From positions 6,605,708 to 6,669,707 of the forward strand of contig OZ316891.1 in assembly GCA_973895155.1 (NCBI GenBank): 64,000 nt of DNA, read 5' to 3'. The translations under genes and the position numbers were made by a program. This DNA is from Marsupella aquatica (lineage: Eukaryota; Plantae; Marchantiophyta). The notes beneath the pieces are model-generated. The model had not been told where the DNA came from. It saw only the letters and a list, made by a program, of their open reading frames with translations, and made no database searches. Below are positions 35,963 to 50,371 of the stretch, piece by piece (the first letter of the stretch is position 1; each line of letters opens with the position of its first letter).

Positions 35963-38900
35963 TCGTGTTTAAGGAGTATGTTGATACTCTCATCTTACGC
36001 ACTTGAGAATGAAAGGCAATGCCTGGTCTTATGGCAAGTGCCCCTTCTTTGTAGGGTCTAGAAATAGTGTCCAATGCAACATACAAGAGCCTTTTCTTGG
36101 CAGTGTCATCACTCCTTCCCCACAACAAAATACAAAAATTATTTTTTTAATCACTTATATCCAATCTTCTAGATGCTAAGCAACATAACATGGTACACAG
36201 GGATAGCACAAAGAACATGCTCCAGAAGGACCAGCCTACCAAGTTGTGTACTTAAGACAATATCCAATTGGTCCAATGTCGCAATCATTATCCGCCTCTT
36301 GCGCTGGTTGGATGCCATTGCCAATGGGACAGCCCAGGTAAGTGATGACCCCCCCTTTGCTAGAATGCAACACCCAGTTCTCTGTATCCAATCAGGTCAC
36401 TTTGAATCATATTAGAGGTCAGTGATAAGATTTATGGATGTTAAGAAGAGCACCAGAGATATGTGTATGACGTTACAAGCAGTATGAAATTTCTCTTCTA
36501 TGGCATTGAGAAACAGACAAGTGTCATCAGCAACTTAGATGACACTACCATAGGAAGACAGAAACTGAAATTTTGTATCAAGCATGAAAATTCATGTTCC
36601 ATCATATTATCGTGTCATGGGGACTATTTAAATGACTGGAAACCATTGTCATATCATCATGTTGGGACCACTTAATTTGGGATTATTGAAATGACTAAAA
36701 ATCATTGACATGTCGTGGTCATTACAGTCAGCTAGAAATTACTTACTAATGATGGTCGTCATTTCAGTCTGGTTGGAATGACATAGTTAAACGTGTCATA
36801 AAGGGTTAAATTTTGGCTATCATTTTTGTGGTCATTTTGGGTGTTCTCCACAATAGGGAGGTGTTTTATGTTATACAAATCAATGAAAGAGAAATGATAT
36901 ATGTTGCTTTGTCACTGCCTTGTTCCCACAAGAGGGGATGTCCCCGTGAGACCTGTGGATGATAGAAGAATGAAAGAGGTACCTCAAACTGTACATCACT
37001 TTATTGCTTTGTGTATTGGGTCTCCCCAACACTTTGCATAAAAAAACAACCAAATCTTTTAGAGCAAAATAAATTAACCGAGCTCCACACAGAATCCACA
37101 AGTGCCACAACCCTTCAATAAGTCCTACTGCATTATTTCTATGACAATGTTGTAAATTAGTAGGTTTCCGGTATCTTGCTGACACCTAGCAAAAACATGT
37201 GTTTGGCACGTATTTCACCCAATTAATTGTTTTTAAGAGCATTGCACCTCATAGAAATTTATTCTAAATTCATGCAGACTGTCAAGTCTAGGATTTAATC
37301 TCCTCCCTTTTCCCGGGCCAGCATATTTTTCCAGCCCAACTTTTTTGGAGTGACACTTTACTGCACTGGGTGCAATTTTTAAAAATTGAATTATATATGT
37401 GCAATTTTAGTTACTACTACTGTATGGATTGTAGGTGGGGAGAGTGCAATTGCAAAAATAACTCTCCAAATCAGGTTCTTTTGGCTGTTTAGGGGGGCTT
37501 TACAAGACAGTGGGGGCCATTCAGTGTCTCTCCATCCAGAGCAAAGCTGATGGCCATTTCCTTACACAAAAGTTAAATGCCTGAGTCAAAATGTGTCAGG
37601 TTTGGAAGTAATCAATGCAATTCCCTGAAAATAATCGGCCATTTGCTAAGGGGGCCTTTACAAGAAAGTTTTTGACAAAAGAAAGCTTGCACACATCAAC
37701 AAAAGTGACCCGCAAGGGGCCCACGACAAATGACTAGGTTTGGTAATGCTTTTGTTTGATTGGGGACGTTCATGTAAAGTGAAGTGTGGCCAGTTCCCAC
37801 ATATGGACGGCTAGGATTGCATCTCTCACTTAGGAAAAAAAGGAATTGCTGCCCCAAATTCTTGTAAAGCCACCATTAGTGGGTGGCAAGGAGAAAGGTG
37901 TAGATGGACTTATTACAGATTCAGTTTGTGGGTGGGGCATTAATGAATCCCAAACGAAAAACAAGCAGTGACTGCATAGAAATTAGACTCTGTGCGATCT
38001 GTGTAGTTCATATATCGATCTCAACTTCAAACGATCTTGAGCGGTTTTTTCTGTTGCCTGTTCCACCATCAGTCCACAGGTGTACCTGTCGCCATTGCTG
38101 CGATGGTGGTTTTTTCTTCGGGCTCCTCTCCCTTTTGGTCTCTCCTCTCGCCCCATGAAGGCCTTCACTTCACAGTCATCTCCCTGAAGCTCTCAGAAAC
38201 AAGCAGTAGCACATGTTTTTATGTGGGATCTCTACATGAGAAGGTACCCCGTACTCAATTTGCAGGAGAAGCTAGTTCCAACGACGAGTCTGAATCTGAC
38301 CCCACAAATGGATCGACCAGAGGAGCAGGCACAAAATGATGAGACCCATCACCGACCGAATGTCCATTCGACTTCCTGGGGTAGAGAATTGGAGTTCAAG
38401 AAGTGCGAAGTGATACTTTGAAAAGATGAAAAGCTGGAAAGTGTGGATCCCGTGGAGTAATTTGTGCGCTGTATTGTTAGCTTGAGGGAGACTCCCGTGC
38501 CTTCAAATCCTTTTGATTCATGGTCCATTGTTTTACTGGCGGTTGCCGCGGTCTCATGTCCCTGCCCGGTGGATTCTAGACATTCACCTTTCTGGCTCTT
38601 AATTGGCTTGTATCGTCAATGCGGGTGTTCTTCTTATGCCTGTCGGTCGGCAGATTCTTTGAGAAGGAGAGAAGTAAGGTGGGCCGGCTTGTTTCTCTCT
38701 TTTGAGGTAGCTGTGGGTTCTTGGAGCCCCAGCCTTGTGAAAGAGATTTGGATGGATTATTGCATTGAACTTTCATCAATGATGACTGGGTAGACGGCGC
38801 AATGGGTCAAGGTGAAAGATGTATTCAATGCAATGTTGTTGGACGTGAAGTGGTCACAGTTTCCGTGGAACATACTTGACCGAGGAGCTCGAAATGGAGG

Positions 38901-38982
38901 ATCATTTGCCAGTGTAACGCTTACCCCAACCAAAACAATGGAGAAGCGCAGCTGTTGAGGTTTATCTGAAGGCTGAGTAGGC

Positions 38983-41900
38983 ATGGGCTCCAAAGTGGAC
39001 ACGTTTCAGAGGCCAACCTGTTTTAGCCAATTCCTGCCGAAAGGAATGTGGGTCCTCTTCACTCTTCTCAGCTTAGGGTTTCTGTCAACATTGTCTGGGT
39101 TGGAGGAGCAGAAGGCCCCATACAGAATGCAAACGTTGTTCTCGGTGGAGTGCAGTCCCTACTTTGACTGGCAGACGGTAGGATTGATGCATAGTTTCAG
39201 GAAAGCAAAGCAGCCGGGGCCCATCACTCGCTTGCTGAGTTGCACTGACCAAAAGTTGGAGGAGTACAAGAACCTCGACATTGCTCCCACTCATGTGGTT
39301 CCGTCTATGACAGTCCACCCTGTCACAGGAGACATGTAAGCCTACTTTAGGTGGTAAAATTTGTTTTAATTTTGAGTTTTACATTCGACTAATCGATAGA
39401 AAAGACGAATACCTGAATGGATGACTGAACAACTGGACGAAGCAGGAAGTGCTAAAGGGGAAAACAAAAGAAAATTTCGTGTTTATTGAAATTCTACGCA
39501 GATATTGCAGATTGATTGAATTTTGAAGCACAGATTGAGGATAATTCAAATGCAATGTTTTCTGCTCTTTTTCTTTTTTTGGCTTTTGTTCGTCACAAAC
39601 AGTTTGTACAACTAAAGTTAAATTGTAAGGTGAACTTGTTTATGAAAATGAGAAAGTTGTGATGGAAGTTGACAAAGTAGTTGAAATTTCAAACGTGTGA
39701 GTGGAGTTGGTCGCCAGGATTTTGGTGATTTCTTGTGCGAAGGTTTTTAAACTTGCGTTATTTGTCACGTGGTTGTATCTGGAGTAGAGGGGCATTGCAG
39801 ACGGGATAGATTACTTCTGTTTATTTATTTATTTGCGTTTTTTGACAGTTTTAGTATCACGGATGTATTAGTCTTGTGATGATCACAATTTACGTGTCGA
39901 CCCCTCCCCCTTGTAACTTTATGTATTGACCATAGTTCTGAGGGAGGCCATTGATTTTGAAGGAATCACGGAACGAAAGTTTTACTTTCCTTTATTTCGA
40001 ATGTCTTTTAAAGCCGTATTTGATTCAAATTCTCAGGGATGCCATGGACTTTAAAGCAGACACAGATGGAAATTATTTTGTTTCCTTACTTTTCACTGGT
40101 TGTAATAGCCTGATACATCAGATCTTAGCGATCCTTTCAATGTTGAAACTTCACAGATTGAAAAAGTTTCATCTTATTTGTTTTGGTTCCAAAACCCTGA
40201 TTGACCAGCGCTATTGTGGATGTCATTGAGTTCAAAACAGTCTGAGATAATTTCCTGTATTATGTTTTGCTTCTCTATGTGCAGTTACCCAGCCATAAAC
40301 AAGCCAGCAGGTGTCTTGCACTGGCTCATACATTCAGACGATGCCAAAAATGTGGATTGGGTAGTAATTTTGGATGCCGATATGGTCATGAGACAGCCAA
40401 TGATTCCATGGGAGCTCGGTGTCCAGAAGGGGCGTCCTCTTGCTGCTTATTACGGGTAGGTTGAGTACCTTTCATTTGCTTTTGGTTCTGTTGCCTCCAA
40501 TGGAATGGATGTTCCTCCTTTCTGTGTGTCAACTTTTGTGGTACATTTAGACCACTAGCATTCTGTCTTAGTCCGCAGGCTAAATGGGCAAGAATAGAAA
40601 TAAGACTAGTGGGAGTTGGAGATTTTGACGGCTAGATTGTATATAACAATACATGGCAGAAAGGGAATAATCGATGAGTGATTGCGAGGAACAAACAGGA
40701 TTTATCCCATTTGTAGCATTTTCCTCTCCATTTGTGCCATCCTTTCTGTTGTCATTAGCTGGTGGAAAAGTCTGAGAAATCACAAATTAATTAAGTTTTT
40801 CCAGCAATTGAATTACTATTTTCAACTCTAGATGACATATCAGTGTAGGTTTGTGATACTCTTCTATATAATTCCTTTTGATAATCCCGGTACTCATGAA
40901 ATGTGTGGCTTGACAGCTATCTTCTTGGTTGTGAGAGCACAGCTGTGTTGGCATTAGCTCACACAAGGCATCCTGAGCTGTGTGACAAAGTAGGAGGTTT
41001 TCTTGTTCACCATATCGATGACTTGCGAGCGCTGGCCCCGCTGTGGCTCTCCAAGACCGAAGAGGTCCGCGGTGATAGAGAGCATTATGCAACCAAATTT
41101 ACGGGGGATATCTACGAGCATGGCTGGATCAGTGAGATGTATGGATATTCCTTTGCTGCTGCAGAGGTATACTAGAAACATGATCCCTTGTCGATCCTCA
41201 GCTGCATGGATGTGGGTGAAGTCTTGGGGTTTGTTTCCATATTGCTGATCCATGCTCCAGTGGTAGAAACTAAAGCTACTGTAAAGCTATTTGACACCCG
41301 GAAGTGATAATATGAAGACGGTAAAACCCTAGTTCAGAATAATCACTCAACTTTACGTATAATGCTGTGGACTTATTCCCCTACAAATGCTCCCACGAAG
41401 TCACTGAGTCAAATCAAACGTGATCGTTTTTACTTTTTATACTTTTCTTTTGTTGTTAGTTCCTGAGGTCTTCGGTTATGTCATGTGAGCTTGAAAATCG
41501 TCGACCTTGTTACACTTTTCACTTGAAGATGGAAATCGTCGATCTTGTTACAATTGTCACTTGAAGAGAAAACTTTCTGTTCACCCATCCCCGCCCTGAT
41601 CTCAATAATTTACTTGCGTTTTCTTAGCTTTGCCAAATTGAATGCTAGCTTAGTAAAATTGAATATGCTTACGGCATTATGATGCAGATGGTCAACCTGA
41701 CGTCGTTTGCTCAAGGAAGGACAGTGATGAATGAAATCAATGGAAATTGGCTAATGGCCACCGGGAATTTTGCTTTGTATGGCAGATAGGGCTACGACAT
41801 CAGATTGACCATGGCATAATGATATACCCAGGATATATTCCTGCAGCCGGTGTTGATCCCCTGATAATGCATTATGGAATACCCTTCAACGTGAGCAGCT

Positions 41901-44892
41901 GGTACTTTGCTAAAAGTGAACACCGGGGAGATACAATTGTGGATCAATGTAATCGGCTCTTTCCCGCCCCACCATACCCAGAAGAGGTACTATCACTGCT
42001 CTACAATGTTGATGAATGCCCTTGATTCTTTTTCTGGACGCTAGTAGGAATGCTTATGCTATGCATGGGCTTAGTAATGCATGATCGTGTAATTCCTGGA
42101 TAAGCCTGCATGTAGACATCCAATTCTTAAGTTATCTTATAATGATCTAAAATATTTTGCTTTCGTTCGAATTATACTATTTTTTTCTCATTACCAATGA
42201 GCGACACGCGTACGAATTCTGTTGATAATATAGATATATCAATATAGTGCTTTGGAGCTGACGCTGGGATGGGATCTCCTTCCCAAACCTTTTTTCAGAT
42301 AGGACTTCTAAGCTTGCATGGAATCTGATAGAAACGCGATTTTAACTAAGATGACATGGATTTAGAGTAAACAACCTTGAGTTTCGACCTTATATTTGAT
42401 TCAATTGAGTTATCACGTACCTCTGCGTAAAAATCGTTGCTACAACGTAGAATGTCTATCTGGGTTTTCCTGATGCTTCCCCGAGACCTTCCCAATAAGA
42501 CCCATTCATTTTTCAGGTTCCGTCAATAACTGCAGATCGAGGAAAAATTCGTGCGCACTATCTCAGCATCGAGTGTATGAACACAATCAACGAAGGCCTG
42601 CTTCTTCACCATGCAAAGCGTGGTTGTCCTCAGCCACGCAAAACTAAGTACCTGGAATTCTTACTGGCAGGGTTGTCTCAGTCATTCCAAGTGTCTGCTG
42701 CTCACACGTCCACAGTTTTATTGCAAGAGAAAGTGGCATCTGAGGAGGCCATTGTGCACAGTACCGAAAGGCAAAATGGCTATCAACATCCCAAAATGCA
42801 TACGCTATTCTCTACCGAATGTACTGACTACTTTGACTGGCAAACTTTGGGAATTTATCACAGTTTTCTTTTGAGTGGCCAGCCTGGACATATCACCAGA
42901 CTGCTCAGCTGCTCTGATGAAGCACGAAAGACCTATAAAAACATCGATCTGGCTCCCACGCATGTGGTGCCCTCATACAGTGTGCATCCTCTGACAGGAG
43001 ATGAGTAAGGACTCCTTAAATCTTGAACCTTGAGATCATCACTTTTGGTAAATTTCCGCTAATAGACACGTCACTTTCTTGCTGGTTTGGACGAGTCAAT
43101 ATGGAGGATAAACCCACATTGAGTATTTGTATTCACCAGCTCTATTTGTGTGCTGTAGCCTCGAGCTAGAGGTTGCTCATTCCTTTCTGCCTCTGTCCTT
43201 TGGACGGACGACCTAAATCATATGTTCCATCCATGGTGCAGGTATCCCGCAATCAACAAACCAGCTGCTGTCTATCACTGGCTTAATCATGTTCACATGG
43301 ATGTGGAGTATGTGGTTATTTTGGATGCTGATATGGTACTCCGCAGACCTATCACCCCTTGGGAGCTGGGTGCATCGAAGGGTCGTCCAGTTTCTGCACC
43401 CTATGAGTAAGTTTGAGACATCAAAAGGGGGATGCTGGGCATACTAAGCCGATTCAGATTGAGAGATTGAAATCTCAAGAAGTTGCACTGATGATAATCG
43501 TTCAGTGCAGTACGATAGTCTGCCTCCATATAAACTGAATCTAGAAAATGCAATATTGCTAGAAAACGTTTTGTGAGTAGGAATGCTACATGGTAAACTT
43601 TATTGAAACACGATAAACCAGTGTATATATCTGGCCTTGTATCTGCACCATGCTTGAAACCCCTGTACTCGAAATATGCATAAGCTCTCACTATATATAT
43701 GTAATGGATAATTAGTTGCATCTTCCCGACAGAAAAGTAAATCTAGCTAAGTGAATTTAATGGAATTGATGTTGCGAACTTTCTTGTCTAGTTTATTTGT
43801 ATCTGAATATTCCGATGACGATTTGATGTTGACTTCCTTGTGCAGCTATTTGATTGGGTGTGACAATGTGCTGGCCCAATTACACACTAGACACCCAGAA
43901 TATTGCCATAAAGTCGGTGGCGTGATTGTAATGCACATTGATGATTTGCGTCTTTTCGCCCCACTTTGGCTTCACAAAACAGAGGAAGTTAGAGCTGATA
44001 AGGCGCACTGGGCTACGAATCTGACTGGTGATATTTATGGAAATGGCTGGATCAGTGAGATGTATGGATACTCATTTGCAGCTGCGGAGGTAATTCTTGT
44101 TCGCTTCCTCGTTGCCCACATTGTCTTCCTCTCTCTAGCTGCAATTTCCACGCCAATAATTGGAGAATATATCCGTGAGTAAGTTTCTCTTGAGACCATG
44201 AGTGCACTGACATGGGTTCCTTTGATTGTCAGCTGAAATTGAATCATACCATCAAGAGGAACATAATGCTTTATCCTGGCTACATCCCGCAAGATCACGT
44301 GAAACCTCTGGTACTCCACTACGGATTGGGATTCGCTATTGGGAACTGGAGCTGGGACAAGCAGACTTGGCGTTACTCAGACATGACAAGCACATGCTGG
44401 AAAATGTTTCCATTCCCGCCAGTTCCTGACCCACTGACGTACCCATCGATAAATGAGTATGAAAGGGATCTGCTAAGCTTTGAATGCATGAATACTTTGA
44501 ATGAAGCTCTTTTCCTTCACTACAAAAGGAAAGGTTGCAAACAGGATGGGAACCTGCAGTACAGTCGGATTTTGGATGGGCAGAAAGGGTCCAAGACACG
44601 GACTGCACTGGATGCCAGGAGTGAAAATGAAAAGTTGGAGTTGGATCATGCAGCTTTCAAGGTGGTGGGTTCAGGTGCTGGGGGTGAGGTGCTCAATCAG
44701 ACAGAGGTACAAACGGTCACACAGAAATTGCACATCGATGAGAGTAAACAGCAAACAGGGGACACTACTCTGAATCCCAGAGCGATCTGGACGATAAGTA
44801 TTTGGGCTAGTTTTGGAATTCTTGTCACCTTGACTCTCTCAGCCGCATATTCCAAGATACTAACAAAAAGACACAAGGAAAGAATCGTATAA
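38983..44892 (+). CDS. SERGT1: Peptidyl-serine alpha-galactosyltransferase (GT96 family; two tandem catalytic domains; N-terminal signal/TM segment and C-terminal TM segment)
   Basis: Exons 38983-39335, 40285-40455, 40917-41166, 41786-41986, 42517-43004, 43242-43406, 43846-44089 and 44233-44892; all GT-AG and phase-consistent. Motifs TLFSVECSPYFDWQTVGLMHSF, QPGPITRLLSC, YPAINKP, VVILDADM (DxD) and GWISEMYGYSFAAAE each occur twice. Confidence 0.92.
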
Positions 44893-46444
44893 GGGTTCTC
44901 GGTAGGCGTTGTAGGTGTAGGCAATTTTGATAGACCACAAAGCACACACCTGTAGGATTAGTGTACATAATTTTAAGGGGCTCTCTTTGGAAACCATGAA
45001 AGGAGGAGTCATTAACTCTAATGGGATACCAAAATGCTCTGTGTGAAAATCAACTTTCTACTCTAAATTATGTATCGTAGTTAAACACATGTTTCTATAG
45101 ATCCCACGTGAGCATAGGGAATCAGAGGAACATGTTTGGGATGGGGATCCCATCCGAGCTAACCTGTATTATCTTGGTCATGCTTGACATGAGCAGTAGT
45201 AAAGTCAAGAAGAACGAGAATTGTTAATGTCTTCACAGCCATTGTCCTTGCTGATGAACATTGGGGAGTTCTTCTGATTAGATTAGAGTAAGCACACCGG
45301 TTTACAGGCCGGTGGCTGCCAGCTAGAACTTTGCGGGGTGAACAGTGGATGGGGATAATGTTGCCCTCCTTGGATGTCATCTGTTAGGCACCAATGGCCA
45401 CCATTTTAGCCTGCACATGTGAGTATTGTCGAGCTGGCCGGGATTTTAGCAAGAGTTTTTGAAGTTGGATTGTCTCATGATTAGGCGTAAAATGGTTCAT
45501 TTCTCTGTCACAGTACATTAGGTGGGTGACTATTGTTGAGTGGGCCAGAGGCCAGATCTGTTTTTGTGCACATCTGGCGAAACTTCGAAGAGATGTGTCC
45601 AAAGGTGGCCACACTTCAGTAGTTCATGAAATATGGAGGTTATAGCTATTGCTCATTGAGTGTTCAGGGTCTTGTTTAATTTTCATTTCTTGTAAGAAGA
45701 CAAATAAGAAAAGGAGTTGAAGAGAGAGCAAAGATCCTGAGACTCAAGGGAATAACTCAAATGACTCTTAGGGAACAACTTAAAGTGCATATAGAAAATA
45801 GGGATTGTAGGAAAGAGGAGGGGGGAATCATAAGGATTTTTATTTTGCAAGATTTTGTCGTAGGTTCAAGGAATGAGTAATCAGGCTAGTAGCACCACAT
45901 AGTGATGGCAAATGAGGAAGGCTGAGTGAGTCACATCTAAAGGACATGGATGACCAGGGAATAACAAATTGTCACTTGGTCCACCGAGACTACCTAATTT
46001 TGGATTGCCAGTCATTTCTTCTATTTTAATTACATGGCCACCTAAGCTTGTTCCTTTAAGCGTCATGGAGGTATACATTTCTAACAGTAACAACTTTAGA
46101 TAAAGTTGAGATTTCTTGTTGCCTTCCTGAGGCAGTGGGTGGCTTGCTTTTGAATTTACTGCTCAGTACTTCCTTTGCAGTCTTAGGGTGACCCTCCAGA
46201 CCTTTATTAGGCTTTTTAGTTTAGTGTTGGGTAGTTCTTTTGTAGTCATAGGGCTTTTTTATTTCTTTAGTTTCCATTCATTTCTTGTGTGGCCAGGTTT
46301 GACACTTTTTGTTCTTGGTGGTGTGATGTCTATTCTGGTGACACTTTCTGTTCTTGGTAGTGATATATTTTCCTTGTCTCTAGGTTTGACACTTTTATTT
46401 GTTTTTTGGTAGTGTCGCTAGGTGTGTCTCTAGGTTTGACACAT

Positions 46445-47451
46445 TTTGTTTTTTGTTTTTTTTTGGAGAAATACACATACTTTTTGCAGAAAAAGGCCAA
46501 ATAGAGTACAAAAGAATAAACAAGAGAGGTCCCAAGTGGACAAAACCAAACGCAAACGAAGTGAGCAAAAGGAAACCCTAAAAACCAAGAAAGAGGAACT
46601 AAAAGAAGTGAGCAAAAGGAAACCCCTAAAAACCAAGAAAGAGGAACTAAAACTACCGCAAATGGACCGAGGTCCTCATCATTCTTAGCAAATGTGGCAA
46701 AAAGCTAATGGTCTACATCAAGTGTCAAAATTAAATCGGCAAGTGGGACTGGAATGTCCTCTAGGGGGGCTAGCCGCTGCAGAGTCACACTAGCATCCAC
46801 TGTCAGAGATCGACGATAGATGGCCCGAGCTTGAGCACACTGTAAGGTGACTGAAATGCGTTGGCGAAAGTGCGTGGTCAAAACAGATAGCGGGGGTCCG
46901 GAGGGACCCATCCGGCCGTGAACATCCCGAGCAGCTTGGCGAAGAAGCCCGTCGAACTGATGATGGAGACGCCCAAATATCTCAAGAGCAAGGGGCAGGA
47001 AGCTATCAGATGAAGCTTGTGCAACATATTTGGCCTCCTTCGTTGTTGTTGCTCGTGATGCTGCTGCCCCTGCCGTTGTTGCCGCTGTCCCAATGATGTC
47101 TTGGCGCAATGGGTTTGCCACCACTACATCTGCCAAAGTACGTTGACCCTCACGGACCATGGTAAGATCCACCCGTAACCGCTGTGATGGAGGACCAGGT
47201 AACTCGAGCACCACCTCCCGCCGTGCGCAGACCAAAGAGCCAAAGAGAACCTGAGCAGTCGTATCTCTCACAGTGTCGTGAACAAAAATGGTTTCACCGC
47301 CCAAACTGCACCGAAGAAGATGGACACATGTGGCATCACAAGGCTTCCCACAAGTGCAAGTAGGAGGTAAACCAGCAAGAAGTGGGTGGGGCAAGCCCAT
47401 ACAAAGACGCATGGCTGTCGCAAACTCCGCTGAGAGTTTGCGACAGCGGAG
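46445..47451 (-). mobile_element. 3' fragment of a non-LTR retrotransposon with a restriction-like endonuclease (CRE-like)
   Basis: ORF 47496-46705 has CTCGKPCD..HLLRC....HD (zinc knuckle), RVDLTM...LADVVV (PD-D/ExK-like), KEAKY and FLPLALEIFGRL. A-rich tail at the minus-strand 3' end (46445-46464). Confidence 0.8.
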
Positions 47452-47454
47452 TTT

Positions 47455-49290
47455 TTGGTAGTGAGACATATATTCTGTGTCTGTGTGTTTAACCATCTAA
47501 GTTTGACACTTGACAATCTAAGTTTGACACTTTTTGTAATTTGGTAGCCCGATGTATATTCTGTGTTTGTAGATTGGACTCTTTTTGTTTTTGGAAGTGG
47601 GATATGTACTGTGTCTCTAGGGTTGACACTTTTGGGTTTGAATAGTGTGAGATATAGCATCTCATCATGGAACATGTTTGATTTTTTTTGTCTTGTAGTG
47701 ATCTGAAAGTAAATAAAATATGAGAGCATAACTAGAAGGATAAAATGATGTAAGTGCGCACACTGACCAATGAAAAGTACACCCAAGTTTTATGGCACAA
47801 CAATGCTACAATTTGTGCACTTAATTCAATGTGCCTTATGAATGACACTCATTTCAATAAAAACCATAAACTTAGAAAAGAAAGACATGAGGGGAACTTA
47901 AGACACTATGTGTCCATGTTATTGAGAATAATTTCTCTCACTCTACTCAAGTGAGCTACCACAAAATCATGTTTCTTTGAGTTCAACTATTGTAGGTGAC
48001 TCTTCCCTTTTTGTGGGGTTTTCACAGATTTCCCCTTTAAAAAAGAATTTAAAATATATTTTTAAAAATATTTTCTCTTACTCATGAGAATACTTTGTTC
48101 AATTGGTGGAGCCTTTGGCTCCATCTCTAAGAGATCACAAACTTTAAAAGTTATAAGAAGGCTGCCAAAATAAGTTCAAAATATTCTAGAATATGTAAAA
48201 TTAAAGGGGTCTAAAAATTAATTTAAAATGTATATGATACAAAGGCTATCTCTTGATAAGGCAGGTTGAAGTAAAAATACATGACACAAAAAAATCTGAA
48301 ATGTGGATTCAAAAAATCTGAAAGGTGCAATGACCATATAGCATATTCTCCCTGCCTCAGGTTTGACACTTGTTTTGGGTAGTGTTTTTGGTAGTGTCAT
48401 CTACTTTATGCTGCCTCCAGGTTTGACACTTGTTTTGAGTAGTGTAGGTGCATTCACCATATAGCGCATTCACCATATGGCATATTCTCCCTGCCTCACG
48501 TTTGACACTTGTTTTGGGTAGTGTTTTTGGTAGTGTCATCTACTTTATGCTGCCTCCAGGTTTGACACTTGTTTTGAGTAGTGTAGGTGCATTCACCATA
48601 TAGCATATTCTCCCTGCCTCAGGTTTGACACTTGTTCTGGGTAGTGTTTTTGGTAGTGTCATCTACTTTATGCTGCCCTCCAGGCTTGACACTTGTTTTG
48701 AGTAGTGTTTTTGGTAGTGTCATCTACTTTCTGTTGGTTTCATCTAGGTTTGACACTTTTCTATTTGCCTCAAGGTCACTTTTTTGTTTTGGGTGTTTTT
48801 GTTTTGGGTTTCCTCTAATGTTTCACACTTTTTTGTTTGTCTCCAGGTCACCACTTTTGTTTTTGGTAGTGTGATATACATTCGAGGTCACCACTTTATT
48901 TTGGTATTGTGATATACATTCTGGTGATCAGTTTTGTTTTCGGTAGTGATTGACCACTTTTGTGTTCGGTAGTGATTACTTTTTGTTTTGGGTAGTGTGA
49001 TATACAACCACTTTTGTTTTTGGTGTTTTTGATAGTGTGATGTACATTCCAGGTCACCACTTTTTTTGGTATTGTGATATACATTCTGGTGATCACTGTT
49101 GTTTTTGGTAGTGATTACTTTTTGTTTTTGGTAGTGTGATTACATTCTGGTGATTTCTCCCTGACTCCATGTTTGACGCTTGTTTCCTATAGTGTCATGG
49201 ACAGTCGGTAGGTTTCTCCGAGTCTCCGCTTTTTGCCTTTGATAATGCATGATATATCTCCAGGTTTGACACTTTCCGTGTCTTGGCAGT
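47455..49290 (+). repeat. Repeat element with ggtttgacac(t)/ggtagtg tandem units (also 46290-46445); shares a block with 14200-14700
   Basis: aggtttgacacttgttttg(g/a)gtagtg units at 48359-48750 and ggtagtgtgatatacattc units at 48860-49150. Confidence 0.7.
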
Positions 49291-50109
49291 GATACTCTTG
49301 GTGGGGGTGACTAACTCGAGATCACATAGGCTTTGCAATCCTCAGGCCCACCCACCCTCCCCGCTTGTAAATCGGCCGCCAATTGGAAGTAGGGTTTCTC
49401 ATCCACCGGTGGAAGAGGACGAATCCGCTTCGACTTCCCACCTGCTCCCACGTTAAGATGACTTGGGCCTTGTCAGCTCGCATCCGAGGATATTCTTCAC
49501 CTGCTTCCTTTGGCCAGTTGGGAAGTCCAGTGCAGTAACCTCGTCGTGGAACTGATGACATGGACTCCCACCGCTACTGTAGATGGGAGATCTGACACTC
49601 GATTCGGGTAGTTCGACTTCGGTGCTGATAGATGCACTGGCTGGCAGTGGCAAGAATTTGCAGCATTAGCTTTTCGAGACTGCTCTGCTCTTCCCGACAT
49701 GCTGTCTCTGATCTCCGGGAGAGTTCAATACTTTCTTTCAAGGTACACTCTTTTGCACCGCTTCATACATAGAATGTTTCAAGGCAGACTGCGGTCTGCC
49801 CCCTCCACTGTAGGGGACCCTCACGGATATCAAAATTTCGGTTCCAGTAGCGACTTCGTTCGAAGATAGCGAAGGATGATAACGGTCTAAAGTATCCTCC
49901 GAAAGATACGGCTGTTGCATGTACAAGGACAGGACATCAGTGATGTCGTGTCGCTGCGGCACACTTCTCGTACGGGATATGTACTCAAATTAAACGCTCG
50001 CTACGGCTTCCATTCTACAATTCGGTTCCGCTGCAATTCGGTACTCTTTGAAGATCCACGATGGCAATCGTGCATTTGCAGCTCATTTGTTCTAGGAACG
50101 AGTCAGTAA

Positions 50110-50371
50110 ATGGCAATGCCACGAAAGGCACGTCATTGCTTCAAGTAAGAAGCAGTGCAATGAAACCCGTCGCTCACGGCGTCGCCGAAACAAAACAAGG
50201 ATCAAATAATAGATGAGAGCGGTTCCACTTGTGCTGCAGTATGGCAATGCCACGAAAGGCACGTCATTGCTTCAAGTAAGAAGCAATGCAATGAAACCCG
50301 TCGCTCCGCGTCGCCGAAACAAAACATGGATCAAATAATAGATGCGAGCGGTTCCACTTGTGATGCAGTAT
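50110..50371. repeat. 131-bp tandem duplication downstream of the GRP gene
   Basis: atggcaatgccacgaaaggcacgtcattgcttcaagtaagaagca at 50110 and 50241. Confidence 0.85.

Noticed and set aside
36490-36850. AATGAC/GTCAT-rich patch as a second CACTA element
   Set aside because: Resembles the subterminal repeats at 1-2958, but no intact CACTA/TAGTG terminus pair or TSD was found; at most a remnant.
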